Assembly (NCBI GenBank): GCA_050613775.1
Contig: JBODTK010000136.1
Coordinates: forward strand, 186,001 to 250,000
Length of the DNA: 64,000 nt
Direction: 5' to 3'
Source: Neocallimastix sp. 'constans'
Taxonomy: Eukaryota
Shown here: positions 1 through 26,900 of the stretch, one piece after another
How the letters are laid out: each line of letters opens with the position of its first letter
Position numbering within the stretch: the first letter of the stretch is position 1
Translations under genes and position numbers: made by a program
Notes under the pieces: generated by a model
Database searches by the model: none
What the model saw: only the letters and a program-made list of their open reading frames with translations
What the model was told of the DNA's origin: nothing

Positions 1-28
1 AAAAAAAAAAAAAAAAAAAAAAAAATTA

Positions 29-900
29 TTTTGTATATCATGTAGCTATTGTAAAATGGAAATGTAGGAGATTGATTCACTCCAAAGTTTGTATTTAAGA
101 CATTATATAATGGAGGGGAATCTTTTTATAATCTTTCCTTAATTCCTTCTTACTCTAATATTTTAGAATATGAAAATTTCATAAACAGGTTTTTTATATT
201 CTTTCTTGGTGGAATTTCAGCTTTAGATGAGCTACAATTCGATACTGGGGAATAGAGACATTTAAGTGAACAACTCTTAAAAAGTTCACAAGGGTCTACT
301 GTTCCGTATATTGTGGGGTTTGCGGAATATCTTGCTAATTCAATATCAATTATCAGTAGTTCTCTTGAGTAACTTTTAGAGAGGTTTAGCAAAAACACTT
401 TCATTATCAAGAGTACCGATGTCGTACCGATATGGCAAAGGAATAGTGCAGTTAGAAGTCCTGTTAATTCTCATCAATACACATTTACTAACAGCACAGT
501 TCCGAACACAGAACTTATAATAAGTAATTCAATTTTTGATGATCTTTCTAGTGGTTCAGGGAAGAGTTTAGTGGATACTACACTATCTATTTCTAAGATG
601 TTACTTCTTTGTTTTATTATTTTAGATTTAACTGGTGATCATGCTACTACCCATAGTATACATAACACCGAAATTTTTTTTTTCTTACTTTTGAACTTAT
701 TTTTATTCTTTGTTATTTTTTTTTTATGATTAATTAAAAAAAAATTTTTTTTATTTATTTATTTAATCTTTTACATACTTTTTTTTTTTAACTTTAAATT
801 ATAAAATGTATTTTTTTATAAAATGTAATACATAAAAATATTTTAATCTATTTAATAAAGCACATGAAGTGTATTCTCTTCCTAGTTTAGAAAAAAAAAA
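29..900 (+). mobile_element. Degenerate LINE-like remnant: 5'-leader-like motif, ORF C-terminal segment, 3' UTR and short poly(A)
   Basis: The frame from 181 reads INRFFIFFLGG...GE*RHL...STVPYIVGFAEYLANSISII...LLERFSKNTFIIKS. This aligns by eye with the C-terminus of the 5652-7250 ORF (VFNFLLGG...EWEDL...SDTPFLVVTAALLQSIIPI...LFNRFKSN) and has two in-frame stops. AATAAA near 854 and A10 at 891-900. Confidence 0.65.
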
Positions 901-1100
901 GATTAATAAAGAATAATGGAGCGCCAACGCTGAAAATTCAGTAAGACAGGCTAGCAGGGCCAATACCTCAAAGGAGAAGAACATAATTTCTTTTAGATAG
1001 TCAATTCAAACCCCAATCCATAAGAAGTTAGGTTCGTTGCTTAGGAACTTTTTTCTGAATTAATTTATACACTTTATTTTGAATATTACTTTTTATTTCA
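901..1100 (+). mobile_element. 5'-truncated 3'-terminal fragment of the same LINE family
   Basis: 919-960 matches 7172-7213 at 35/42 nt (SANAENSVRQASRA vs SVNVEETVRQASRA). It is followed by a stop codon and T-rich UTR-like sequence. Confidence 0.75.
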
Positions 1101-1106
1101 CGTTTT

Positions 1107-1672
1107 TACTTATCTTGCTTTTCTTGATCTTAAAAAAGTCTATGATTTAGTACCTATCTTTAATATTTTGACCAAATTATATAACTTAGGAATTAGAGGT
1201 AAATGTCAGCTATTTTTAAGGAACTTTATCTATCCTCTAAAGCTCGTGCTTTTTTTAATGTTATATCTCAGAAGAATTTTCGATTAATCGTGGTGTTAGA
1301 CAAGGATGCCCTCTCTCTCCTATTTTATTTAATTTGTTCATTAATGATATACTGGATAATTGTGATAAGTATGGTGTAAATTTTGATTCTCAATATTGTT
1401 GGAGCGGACTTTTTGCCGATGATATTGCTTTAGCTGCTCCATCTAAACAAGCTCTTAAGAAAATTTTGAATAAAGTTCATAAATGGGCAATTAAAAATAA
1501 AATGACTTTTGGGATTAATAAGTGTGCTACTCTTGTTGTAAAACCGCTTAACTTTGTTAAAACGATAAATTTCGAAGATCCATCTTTCTTTATTGGTAGT
1601 AACAAATTACCTAAAACTGATAACTATACCTATTTTGGTATTCCTTTTGATGAATCTTTATCATTGATATGA
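1107..1672 (+). pseudogene. Fragment of non-LTR reverse transcriptase from a diverged family member, frameshifted
   Basis: Reads TYLAFLDLKKVYD..., GVRQGCPLSPILFNLFINDI, GLFADD, FGINKC, YTYFGIPF. Colinear with the RT at 5300-5850. Confidence 0.9.
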
Positions 1673-1781
1673 ATAAATATATTATTAATAATATTTTAAT
1701 ATTTTGAAAAATTTTTTTATTTTTCATTATATTCCATTCAACATTATATCCATTATATCTCTATATATATTGGATATAGCC

Positions 1782-1842
1782 AAATAATAATAATAAAATA
1801 ATAATAATAATAATAATAATAAAATAATAATAATAATAATAA

Positions 1843-1873
<31 letters not shown>

Positions 1874-2019
1874 TAATAATAATAATAATAATAAAATAAT
1901 AATAATAATAATAATAAAATAATAATAATAATAATAAAATAATAATAATAATAATAATAAAATAATAATAATAATAATAATAAAATAATAATAATAATAA
2001 TAAAATAATAATAATAATA
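1782..2019. repeat. Compound (AAT)n microsatellite punctuated by AAAAT, directly 5' of the LINE
   Basis: Read directly: repeating AAAAT(AAT)n blocks, mostly about 20 nt each. Confidence 0.95.
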
Positions 2020-3087
2020 CCCCGAGCAGGGGTGTACTCGATTTATGTATTTAAATCGCCTGCAAGGGGAATTAACTTTACTCTTATAAAGTAGATCCAC
2101 AGTACTGGTGCAAAATAGTAGTAAAGTTATATTTTGTGTTAATTAATAACATTATGCGCAATGGTAATGTTATTGGTAAAATTTTTCTGGTGAACATTCA
2201 CTGCGGAATATAATGGTGCATTTTTGGAAAATTGTTAAATAAGTTACACCCAAGAATAAGTAATACATTTTCATTGTATTTCTATTTTCATGTAGTATTA
2301 CTATTCTCATGTAAGAATCTACTGTATTCAATTGTATTTCAACTATATATTTCATGTATCACGTTGTAAAAGATTGATTCACTCTAAATCTTGTAGTAAT
2401 TTATTTAACTCTTTACTAATTTTGTGCCATTTTATTCCATCAATTCAATCTTAGTCATTAAATACTTTATGATATTCAATTTAAATAATATACTGAAAAA
2501 AGTGCTAAATCAAATTATTTTTCAATCATTCAACAAACTACTAATTATCGAAATTATTTGCTCCAAAAAGATATAAAATTACTACAATTCTCATTATACT
2601 TAAGACTTTATATTAAAACCTGACTTTTATTTTTTATTTTTTTTTAGTTATTAATTTTTAGCTTTTTATTACTATTATGGAAATCCAATATATAAGAAAT
2701 AAGAATTTTATTCTAAGAGGTTCAAGGTGCCACGGTATACCAATGGAGAATACGAAACTACTCTTTATCCGTGGACTTCGATCTTGGCCAGAAATCAAAA
2801 TGATAAGACATTTAAAGAAAACTCTGATTGAATTAAATAATAAGGTTTTATCAGTTAAACGTATTGCTAATTTTAATGATGCATTCTTTAAAATTAAAAT
2901 AGTAGGTAATGAAGAAGAAATAGCATCTATTACCGATTGTATTGTTAATAGTTTCAAACGTGCTTCAATTAATGTTATTAATTGTAGCAAAAGGAATCAT
3001 AAATTCAGTTTTTCTTCACTCAAAAGGAAACATTTCGCCTTATCAGAAAAAGTGAATTCATCATATAATATCAACTTATTCACTACT

Positions 3088-3392
3088 TCAAATTCAAATG
3101 CAGATTCAAGTCAAAATTCAAATTCAAGTTCAAATACAGATTCATGTTCAAGTTCAAGTACAAGTTCAAGTACAAGTTCAAGTACAAGTTCAAGTTCAAG
3201 TTCAAGTTTAAGTTCAAGTTCAAGTTCAAGTTCAAGTTTAAGTTCAAGTTCAAGTTCAAGTTCTAGTACAAGTTCAAGATCAAGTATAAGTTTAAGTTCA
3301 AATTCAAGTTCTAGTACAAGTTCAAGTTCAATTTCAAATTTATGCTTAAATTCAGTTTCAAGTTCAGATTCAAATTCAAATTCCAGTTCAAA
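3088..3392 (+). repeat. (AGTTCA)n-type hexamer repeat encoding a poly-Ser linker
   Basis: Tandem agttca/agtaca/aattca units read directly. Confidence 0.9.
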
Positions 3393-6300
3393 CAATTATA
3401 ATAATTCCAATAATATTAATAACACTCATATTAATAATAATACAGTTAAAGAATTTTCTCTATGTGTCAGTGGAATACTAATGGATGGAACTTTGATAAA
3501 AAAGACAGTGTTGAATTCTTTATTTCAATGTACAAACCACTTTTCTTATGCTTTCAGGAAACAGGAAATGGTTCAGGTTCTAGCAGTAAATATCCATGTC
3601 GTGTATCATTAAAAAACTACAAACATTTCTTCAAAAAAGCTAATAATGAAATTCCCGGTAAAAGAGGTCTTTTTATTGGGTTTCATAATTCTTGTCAAGC
3701 CTCTCTTGAAAACAACACTTATGAGTATGTTATTTCCTTATATACTTATGATTTTTGGAATTTCACTAAATGTTCTATTGGTAATGTGCACGTACCTCAT
3801 AGTGGCCATAGCCTTCATGCTAGAGCTGCTAGAATTGAAATATTGTCGTGGTTAAATAGTCACTCTTCTCATCCTTCAATGTTGGTTGGTGATTTTAATT
3901 TACCTACTGAGAAATTAGGTAATTTGCTCTCTAAATTTAGTAATTGGAAAATTCTTCCCTTATGGGGCTCCCCAATTTCATGGAGTAGAGGTAATAGAGA
4001 TCTGATATAGATCATGCGATTGTCAATGATTATATGTTAGATTTACTTTCATATGGTACTTTTATTGACTTTCCCCCCATTTCGGATCATAAACCTTTAT
4101 TAATAAAAGGTAAATGTTTTTCATCAGTTAATTCAGATAATTCTTTCTCTCTGTCTAAAAAGACAGTTAAATGGGATAGATTAAAATGTATAAATGAAAA
4201 AGAATCAATTTTTGACAACAACTATTTTAGTGTATTAGAGGAAGTGATTCCAGATCCTAATATTAGTATTGATGATATTTCTAAGAAATTTATTTCAACT
4301 TCATTCAATATTGCTAAGGAACTTAATATCACGCCAATATCAGAAGTTAGGAAATCTTTTTTTCATATGTCGCAGAAAATATTTAATTTGCAAAAACTCA
4401 AAATGAAATTATATAAATCCATTAAAAGAAGAGGTTCTTATCATAATTTAGATGAATTTGAAGAATTAATTGAAAAATATAATAGAATGTGTAAAATTAT
4501 TCATCATATGTGTAATATTTATAGGAAAACTGAATACCAACATTGGATTAATACAGGATGTGAATATATGAAATCTCATAACCCAAAGAAAGCTTGGAAA
4601 TGGCTTAAAGCAACAGCAAAAGTAGATAGATTTAAAAATATGTCAAATTCTCCAGTAAAGGACAAAAATGGTAAACTAGCTGCTTCTACTAAAGAACAGT
4701 TAGAAGTATGGCACAATCACTATAAAAAACTTGCTTCAAGCCATTCTGATATCAATAGTGCATTAATCGAATGGTCTAATAAATTTTCCAATGGTACAAT
4801 TAGGTATACGAGACACAATGAATGGGATATAAATCAAGACATCAATATTAAAGAAATTAAAGAAGCAATTTTAGCTACTCCAAATTATAAAGCTTCAGGC
4901 CCGGATGGAATTCCTATTAAATTTTATAAAGCTTTAATTCCTCCGGATGACGAAAATTCAGTAAATAATTCTTCTTCTGGTTTATATTGTTTACAGAAGA
5001 TATACTCAAGAATTTGGAATGGAGAATTTCCTAGCACTTGGAATGAAGCAAGTATTATATCTATTCCTAAAAAAGGAGATGATCTATCTGATTGTGACAA
5101 TTATCAAGGTATCTCTCTGATTAACAATGGTATTAAACTCATTTCGAAAATAGTTTCCAAAAGAATTTCGGAATATGGACTTAAAAATAATTTTATTAGG
5201 CCAGAGCAATTTGGATTTCGTACTAAAGAAGAATGTGTTAGTTTATTTATTTCAATTCGAGAAATTTGTCAAAGGCGCAAAAATGATAATAAAGAAACTT
5301 ACCTTGCTTTTCTAGATTTAAAAAGGCATATGATTCTGTTCCAATAGGTAATATTTTATATAAATTAGATGTTTTAGGTATTAGAGGTAAATGTTATCAA
5401 TTTATAAAAAATCTATGTTTGACTTCCAAAGCCAGTGTTAAAATTGATGATCAATATTCGGAATCTTTTAATATTATGAAAGGAGTTAGACAAGGTTGCC
5501 CACTATCACCAATTCTTTTCAATCTTTTTATTAATGACATTTTTAATGATGTTTCAGAACTTGGAATTCCTTTAGGCGAATCTAGATGTTGTGGTGGACT
5601 CTTTGCAGATGATATTGTTCTATGCGCACCATCAAGAACTAAGTTAAAAAAATGCTTAAGAAGGTAAATGAATGGGCTAAATTTAATATGATGAAATTTG
5701 GAATTAATAAGTGTGCAATGATGGTGATTCGACCAGACACACCTCTTTTTCAAAATAAAAGAGATCCTACTTTTTATCTTGCTGGTCAACCAATCCCAAT
5801 AACTAAATGTTATACCTATTTAGGTATACCATTTGATAAAAGCTTATCGTTGAACCCTATTATTAAATTACTTAACTCTAAAGTTACTAAAGCTCTCTTT
5901 TCTGTTAGTAAAATTCTTTCAAATTCCAAAATTCCTATTCCATTTAAGAAGATTATAATTAACTCTTATGTACTTAGTAAAGTCTCTTACTTTGCGCCTT
6001 TACTTGGTTCAAATAAAGCTAGAACAAATAATACTCAGAAATTAATTAATAAAGGATTAAGATGGATTGCAAGTATACAAAAAGCCAAATCATTTATTAA
6101 TGTATATTCTATTTCAAAAGATTTACATATTCCTCCATTGTCAGCTAAGTGTTCATTGTCTCAAGTCAAATGTTTTGATAAATGGAAAGATTCAAATTGT
6201 ATTATTTCCTATTTAGTTAGTAATATTCCAAAATCTAGAAAATATACATGGACAAAAGAAAGTAGAACTCTTAAACGCAAACTAGAGAAAAGAGGTAATA

Positions 6301-6696
6301 ACGATAATAAAATCAAGGATTTTTATTGGAAAAGAGATATGAAAATCAATTCTATAAAAGCTGAGTTTTATGACAAAAACAAATTCGAAGAAACATCAAA
6401 ATTTATTAAACTTTGTTATGAATATCCTGATCTTTCATATGGTTTCTCTTGGCTATTGAGAGCACGATTAGATGCTAGAATTGATAAAGCTGCAAAAATA
6501 ATAGATCAAATGTGTCCTAATTTTTGTCCCTGTTGTAAAAGTAATAAACAATGGATAAGTCATTGGTTAATTGATTGTCCATTTTTCAATCATATTTGTA
6601 GTAAAGTTAATGATAAAATTTTATTTTTATATAATGCTTTCTACCGTGGCAACCTAACAAATGATATTGTTAATAGTAATTATGATTACAGTAACA

Positions 6697-6816
<120 letters not shown>

Positions 6817-7486
6817 GTAATAATAGTAATAGTAATAATAGAAATAGTAATAATAGTAATAGTAATATTAGTTTTAGTAATATTAGTAATAGTATTATTA
6901 GTAATGTTAGTAATAGTATTGAAAATAATGTGTATGTTGATTCTAGTGTGTGTGAAAAAGTGTTTAATTTCCTTCTTGGAGGTCGAAGTATTAGTAACAG
7001 TACAAGGGAATGGGAGGATCTATTTAAGTGCCAAATGAAATCAGGTGCTTATTCTGATACTCCCTTCTTGGTGGTTACTGCGGCACTTCTCCAATCGATT
7101 ATACCTATTGCTATTGACCAGCAATGGTCTTTGTTCAATAGGTTCAAATCGAATCGTACTACTACTAACAAGAGCGTCAATGTTGAAGAAACAGTAAGAC
7201 AGGCCAGCAGGGCTAGCGCAAACAATGAAGATCATAATTTTGTATCTTAAAATTAGGATTGACATTGCGAAGTCCAAATTAATTATTATACTTCAGTATA
7301 ATAATGTCCTTGTGAAGTCTTACAAATATTAATTAAATGAAACTAGATTATATTATACCATTATTTTAATTTATTTTGTGTTTTATTTTTTGTTTATTTT
7401 TTATCTTTTTTTTTTATTATTTTATTACATGTATTTTATCAAATATTTAATTAATAAAGATGAAACAAGTTTGCTGCCGTTAAAAA

Positions 7487-7538
<52 letters not shown>

Positions 7539-8260
7539 TATATATATATATTGAAATGAATCTCATTGATAAAATCTTTTTTTATTTATAAAAAAAAGTT
7601 AAAAAAAAGTTCAATGAATGATTAAATTGAATATATTAATAGAATAACTTTAAAATAAATTGAATACAGATTTTACTAAGAAAGGAGATGGAATGAATAA
7701 AAAATAATTTTTTTTTTTTCGATTTTTTTATATTTTTTAAAAAAAATTTAGAAATTAAAATTAATAATAAATATGAAAAATTATGAAAAGGAATATTAAA
7801 GATATAATAATATGAATAAAATTAATTAAATTACCATATATTAATAATGTCTGTGTGTTTTATTTTATTTACATTACGATATATTGTATTTAATTGAATT
7901 AGCTGTAATAGGATGATAATTAATTTTTTTTTTTTTTTTTTTATTATTATTATTATTATTTTTATATTATATTATATTTTTTAATATTGTTATTAATATA
8001 TTTTGAAATAATGTCTTTTTTTTTTCTCATTTTTATTTTTCATTTTTTTTTTTTTTTTTCATTTTTTTTTTCATTTTTTTTTTTTTTTTTTTTTTTTTTT
8101 AGACCACAAAACTAGATACAAAAAAATAAAATAAAAAATAAAAAAAGGATGAAATATATAATAAATAATAATAAATTTATATTTATGCTGATTTTATATT
8201 GTATTATTCCGTTTATTATATATTTTTTTTGATATAATTCAAATTTTAATTGGTATATTT

Positions 8261-8316
<56 letters not shown>

Positions 8317-8437
8317 TATTAATAATATTAAATAATTAAAATATAAATTTAAATTTATTGAATTTTTTTTTAAAGTAATTATTATTATTTCATCATTTGT
8401 TATCATTATGAATCACAAGTTTTATTTATATTAGAAC

Positions 8438-21920
<13,483 letters not shown>

Positions 21921-22382
21921 TTTCTTGATACTACTCCTTATAGATATATAACAATTATATATATATATTTTAAAAAATAAAATTTTATTATATGTATTAT
22001 ATATATTTTTCAAATAAAAATTAATAGTTTTTATTATAAAAAATAAAAATTTATATAGAATAAAATAAATATATATTAAAACATAATATATATTATGTAT
22101 GTATTTTTTTAATTATCTTATTTATAATTATTTTATTATTTATTATTATTTCTTTTTTTTACAAACAAAATTAAAATAACTAAATATATATTAAAATACA
22201 ATAAAAAAAAAAAAAAAAGAAAATTAAAATAAATAATAATTATTTAATTATTTGAAAATTATTCAACAGAGATAAATTTTATTTTTTTAATTTTTTTTTT
22301 TAATAAAAAAAAATTAAAATAAAATTAAAAAAGAAATTAAATATTAATTAAAATTACTTTTTAATTTAAACAATTTAATTAA

Positions 22383-22415
<33 letters not shown>

Positions 22416-23999
22416 TAAAAAATAAAAAATAAAAAATAAAAATAAAATAAAGCAAGTTAAAAAGAATATAGAAAATTTATTATTATTAACTAAAAAATAA
22501 CTATTATTATTATTGTTAAAAATTGATCTATCCATTAATATATATATACAACTTTAAATAAAAAAACAATATATTTAATATTATTATTTTAAATTTTTAG
22601 TATATTTATTATATTATTTATATAATAATATATATATAATTGCAGAACCGAAAAAAAACATTTAGAAAGTGTTTGTCATTATTAATTTTAATTTTTGACT
22701 AAATATGAATGTTAATCAAAAACTTTTATAAATATAAATTATTAACTATTATCATTATTTATTACTATTATTTATTATTATTATTATTAATATTATTATT
22801 TTAGGTTTATTATTATTTTAATTTTCTTCTTCTTCTTCTTATTATTATTAGGTTTAATCTATATAGATTTAAGTAAGAAAAAAAAAATAAAATAAAAATT
22901 GGTATATTATTATTGTAAATATTTTTCTTTAAAAATTAAAAAGATTAAATATAAAATATTCTAAAGATTAGATTATTAAAAAAATTATTAAAGTGTAAAT
23001 GAATTTAAAATTAAAACTATAAAACAATATATTATTATTATTATTATTAGTTATTATCTATACTATTAGTTATTATTATTATTGTCTCTTAAATTCATAA
23101 AATAACTATTTTAATTATTAGAAAATAATTGTTTAAGAATATATGGAGAATAATATAAATTTTAAATAATGATTATTAGGATATCTTTTATATTAGTAAT
23201 AATAGAATGAATTGTATATTACCTTATTACCTTACAACATTAAAAATATAAATAATATTTGAAAAAAAAAAAAAAAATATACATTTTTATCACTCAAACA
23301 TAAAATCAGTAAATATCATTAATTATTATATTTTTAAATTAAATTATAATTTTATATCACATATGTGTAATATCATATTACTATTAGTTATATTAAAAAT
23401 TATTACGATGTATTTTGTTAAAAATTAGTTTAAATATATATATATATATATTTTATTATTACTATTATTTTTTTAAAAATAAGGATAACTTTATAACAAA
23501 ATAGAATATTTATTTATATAATATATGTACTAATATTATTACAAAATTATTTTTATTTCTTTATTCGATTTTATACTGCATTTTTATTTAAAAATTATAT
23601 ATTTACAATAGCATTTAAATTAATAAATATAAAAGACATTAAAATTATATTTATATATTTATTAATTTTATTTTATTTATTTATTATTTTTTTAATTTTT
23701 TATTTTTTTATATATTAATGTTAATGTAGTAATATTAATAGAATTTATATATATATAATTTATTATATATAGATACAACTGTATGTAATTTTTTTTTATC
23801 TTTTTTAAATAATAAATTAATAAGTATTTAATCTTAAAGTAAATTACAAATAATTTTTTTTATTATTATTTAATTTTATATTTAGTATTAAACAAATATA
23901 TATCTATAAAATTATTAAATAATATTATATTTAAATACCAAATCTCAGTGTAATTTTTTTTTTTTTTTTTAAAAAAAAAGAATTAATGAATTTTAATCC

Positions 24000-26900
24000 T
24001 TAATCAGGTTGACATAATAATGCAACCCCACGAGATATCCAAAAGTCTGGAGATTTGTCGGATGGTAAATTAACAGCAACAATAAAGTTGGTAGAGTGAC
24101 CTAATAATAATAATAATAATAATAATATTTGATATTCAATAATTACATAAACAAATGATTTGTTTATATATTTATTTACTAAAAATTTTTTTACCTGTCG
24201 TTGAAAGCGTTCCAGCTCTATCTGAAGTTTTGTATAATGGACATACATACTGATTTGGCTCATTTTGATCATGTTCTGTTGGTAAGAAACGTATAATTGG
24301 CATCAACTAATATTATTATATTTACATGATATTTTATTAATTAAATAAATATATATATATAAATTGTATTTAATTAAATCATTAGAAAACTTACTGAATT
24401 CATTTCCATAGGATAAGAATCTTGTAAAAGTTTAGTTTCTTTATCATAATGTGCTCCTTCAATGAATAATCCTTCAACTAATACACCATCTTCATTAGTA
24501 CTATTTGGATCTTCTACTAATGTTCCGTCATCATTTGTTGGGACAATTTCATAGGCAAATTTTAATGTATCAATGGGTATATTATATTTACGTGCATGAT
24601 TTTGTAATGTTCCAGTCAAGAAACCCTGTGGGAAGAAGAATCCTGGCAACCAGAAAGTTTTAGGTTGACCATTTTCAATCCAATCAGCCATAAAAGTAAT
24701 ACGTCGATGTAGATCAGTTACCCATCCACCAAGAGGCTTTAAAGAAAGATATGCTACTGTCGACCATGCATGAGGTACTTCATTGTTTAATAAACTGTCA
24801 AATACTGATTCTAATTCTTGACTCATAACTACAAAACCTTTAATAGCTTTAATTAAGTTTTCTAAGGAAACCTTTACTGTATTTAAAAGTTTATTGAAAC
24901 GAACACATTCTTGACTTAATACTGTACTTAAACTATTAAGAATACGACCATTTTCATCCTTTTGGAATAAGAATTTCATCATTTCTGTCACACCAGAATT
25001 CATAAATTTAAGGGATGAAGTTGATTGGGACACTATTTCACCATTTTCATCTTCTATTGATGATTCTTGTTTTTCTTCACTTGGCATTTCGATTACTAAT
25101 GGTGAAGGCCAGTCACTAAGCATAGCATTCGCTAAATCAGTGACTATATCTTCATTAGACTTACCACTACCAGAAGTAACTAATCTTGGTTGAATATCAA
25201 CAATAGTTTTAATAACGCGCTTAGTTTCTTGTATTTGATAACTAATATTAGCATTTTCATGCATTCCAAAGACAGAGGGATCTTCCGTATATGGAAGACT
25301 ATCAACATATTTTTTAATTTGTTCAAGATCATTCTCTACAGGAACATAATAAACTCCATTAGGTGATAATAAATATTTATCTTCTAAAATTTCATGACAA
25401 TAATATTTACGAAGAATACATTTTAATGCACGTCTATCCCAATCATCGGTTACACGACCACCAAATGTAATTTCTCCTGTAAGATACAACAGAGCATCCC
25501 ACTGAATTAATTTATAATCATTCATCATATTTTTAAGTATTGTAATAGAAACTTCTAAATCAGCTGTACTCCAATCATACAAAATATTCCATCCTAATGG
25601 ACCGAATTTCTTTCTCTCATGAATTACAGCATTAAAAAAGCAAATACCAAATAATAATTTCTTATACTTGGATGCATTTTGAACACAGCCTTCATAAGTA
25701 TCTTGATCAATATCAGCGAAAGAACGAGCGAGATTAGCTTTAAGTCCCTTTGGTGGTTCATTTGTGACTTTTACACCTTCCTGTAAAACAGCAATTGGGA
25801 AAATGTTAGATGGCATAGAAGAAAGATATAATCTGAAATCAGGATTAATTCCATCAGGATTTTCGGATAATTCTTTAACAATACTTTCCAACCTATTCAT
25901 CCATGACTTGGCCAAGTGACAATTTTGAAGGAATACCCAATCTCCAGTTGTTTGTGCTTTTCTTACTAAGTTTTCGGCAATTGGACCTTGACCTTGACCT
26001 AAAGATATAATATGTAGTCTATTTTCATACTTAATTTCCTTAGATTGTGAGAACTTTACTAAAATTTGTGTTGGATCCGAACCAGTTGATAAAATAAAGA
26101 TTAATGGAGTTTGGTAACTAGTATCTTTATAAATTAAACTTATATCTAATGGTATAGAATCAATAAATTCTTTTCCAATATTCTTTTTAATAAACGAAAT
26201 AATGGATGAAACTACCAATTCTTCTCTTAATACTTTAACAATAATTAATTTTTGAATATCTGATAGTTCTTTTTCTTTTTCATCTGGTAATATACTTTCA
26301 AAAGGTTCTTCTGAAATCATGAAATCATTCCATTCAGTTGGATATTTTTGTAATGTTGATTCAACAAACTGTAGATCGGGAAGTGATTCACTTAAATTTA
26401 ATACTTCATGCCATACTGATTCAGATAACCAATTTACAGCTGGTTTCGGTGCTGGAGCAGCTTGTGAAATGGCACCTCTTAAGAAGAAGTTCCATTCATC
26501 ATCGGTAATAAGCTTATCTTCCTTCAATATTTCTACACAAATCATAAAACTAAAAATAAGTTTATGTCTTTCGAATAGACCTCTGGAAACATTGCTAAAT
26601 ATAGTGTAGGTAATTTTTTTACACATATTAGTAATATGTACATCCAAATTTGGATCCCTAGTCATTCCTTTAATACAGAGATTAAAGAGATTTTTAAAAT
26701 ATTTTAATGAAAATTGATACATAGGATCAATTTCTGCTAGATTGGCTACAACAAAGTATATTATAGCTCCACGAATTGAAACAGGAAGATACTTTTCACG
26801 AGCAGCATTAATTTCTTGTTCAGTTACTTCTGATTGTTGAACACGCTGTTGAATAGCTGCTGAAGTAATCTTTGATTTGTTTAAAGTATTGATAAGTTCT

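Noticed and set aside
2187..2233. Hammerhead-like CTGGTGA...GAAA in the LINE leader
   Set aside because: The core deviates from CUGANGA, no stem II/III with an NUH site could be built, and the GAAA is better explained as part of the 2180-2187/2226-2233 stem.
2469..2576. 35-codon upstream ORF (MIFNLNNILKK...) in the LINE leader
   Set aside because: Short, no recognisable motif, and expected by chance.
21921..23999. Search for RFX X-box motifs or ncRNA between dynein and CEP131
   Set aside because: No convincing X-box, tRNA or snoRNA box pattern seen; only weak AT-rich hairpins.
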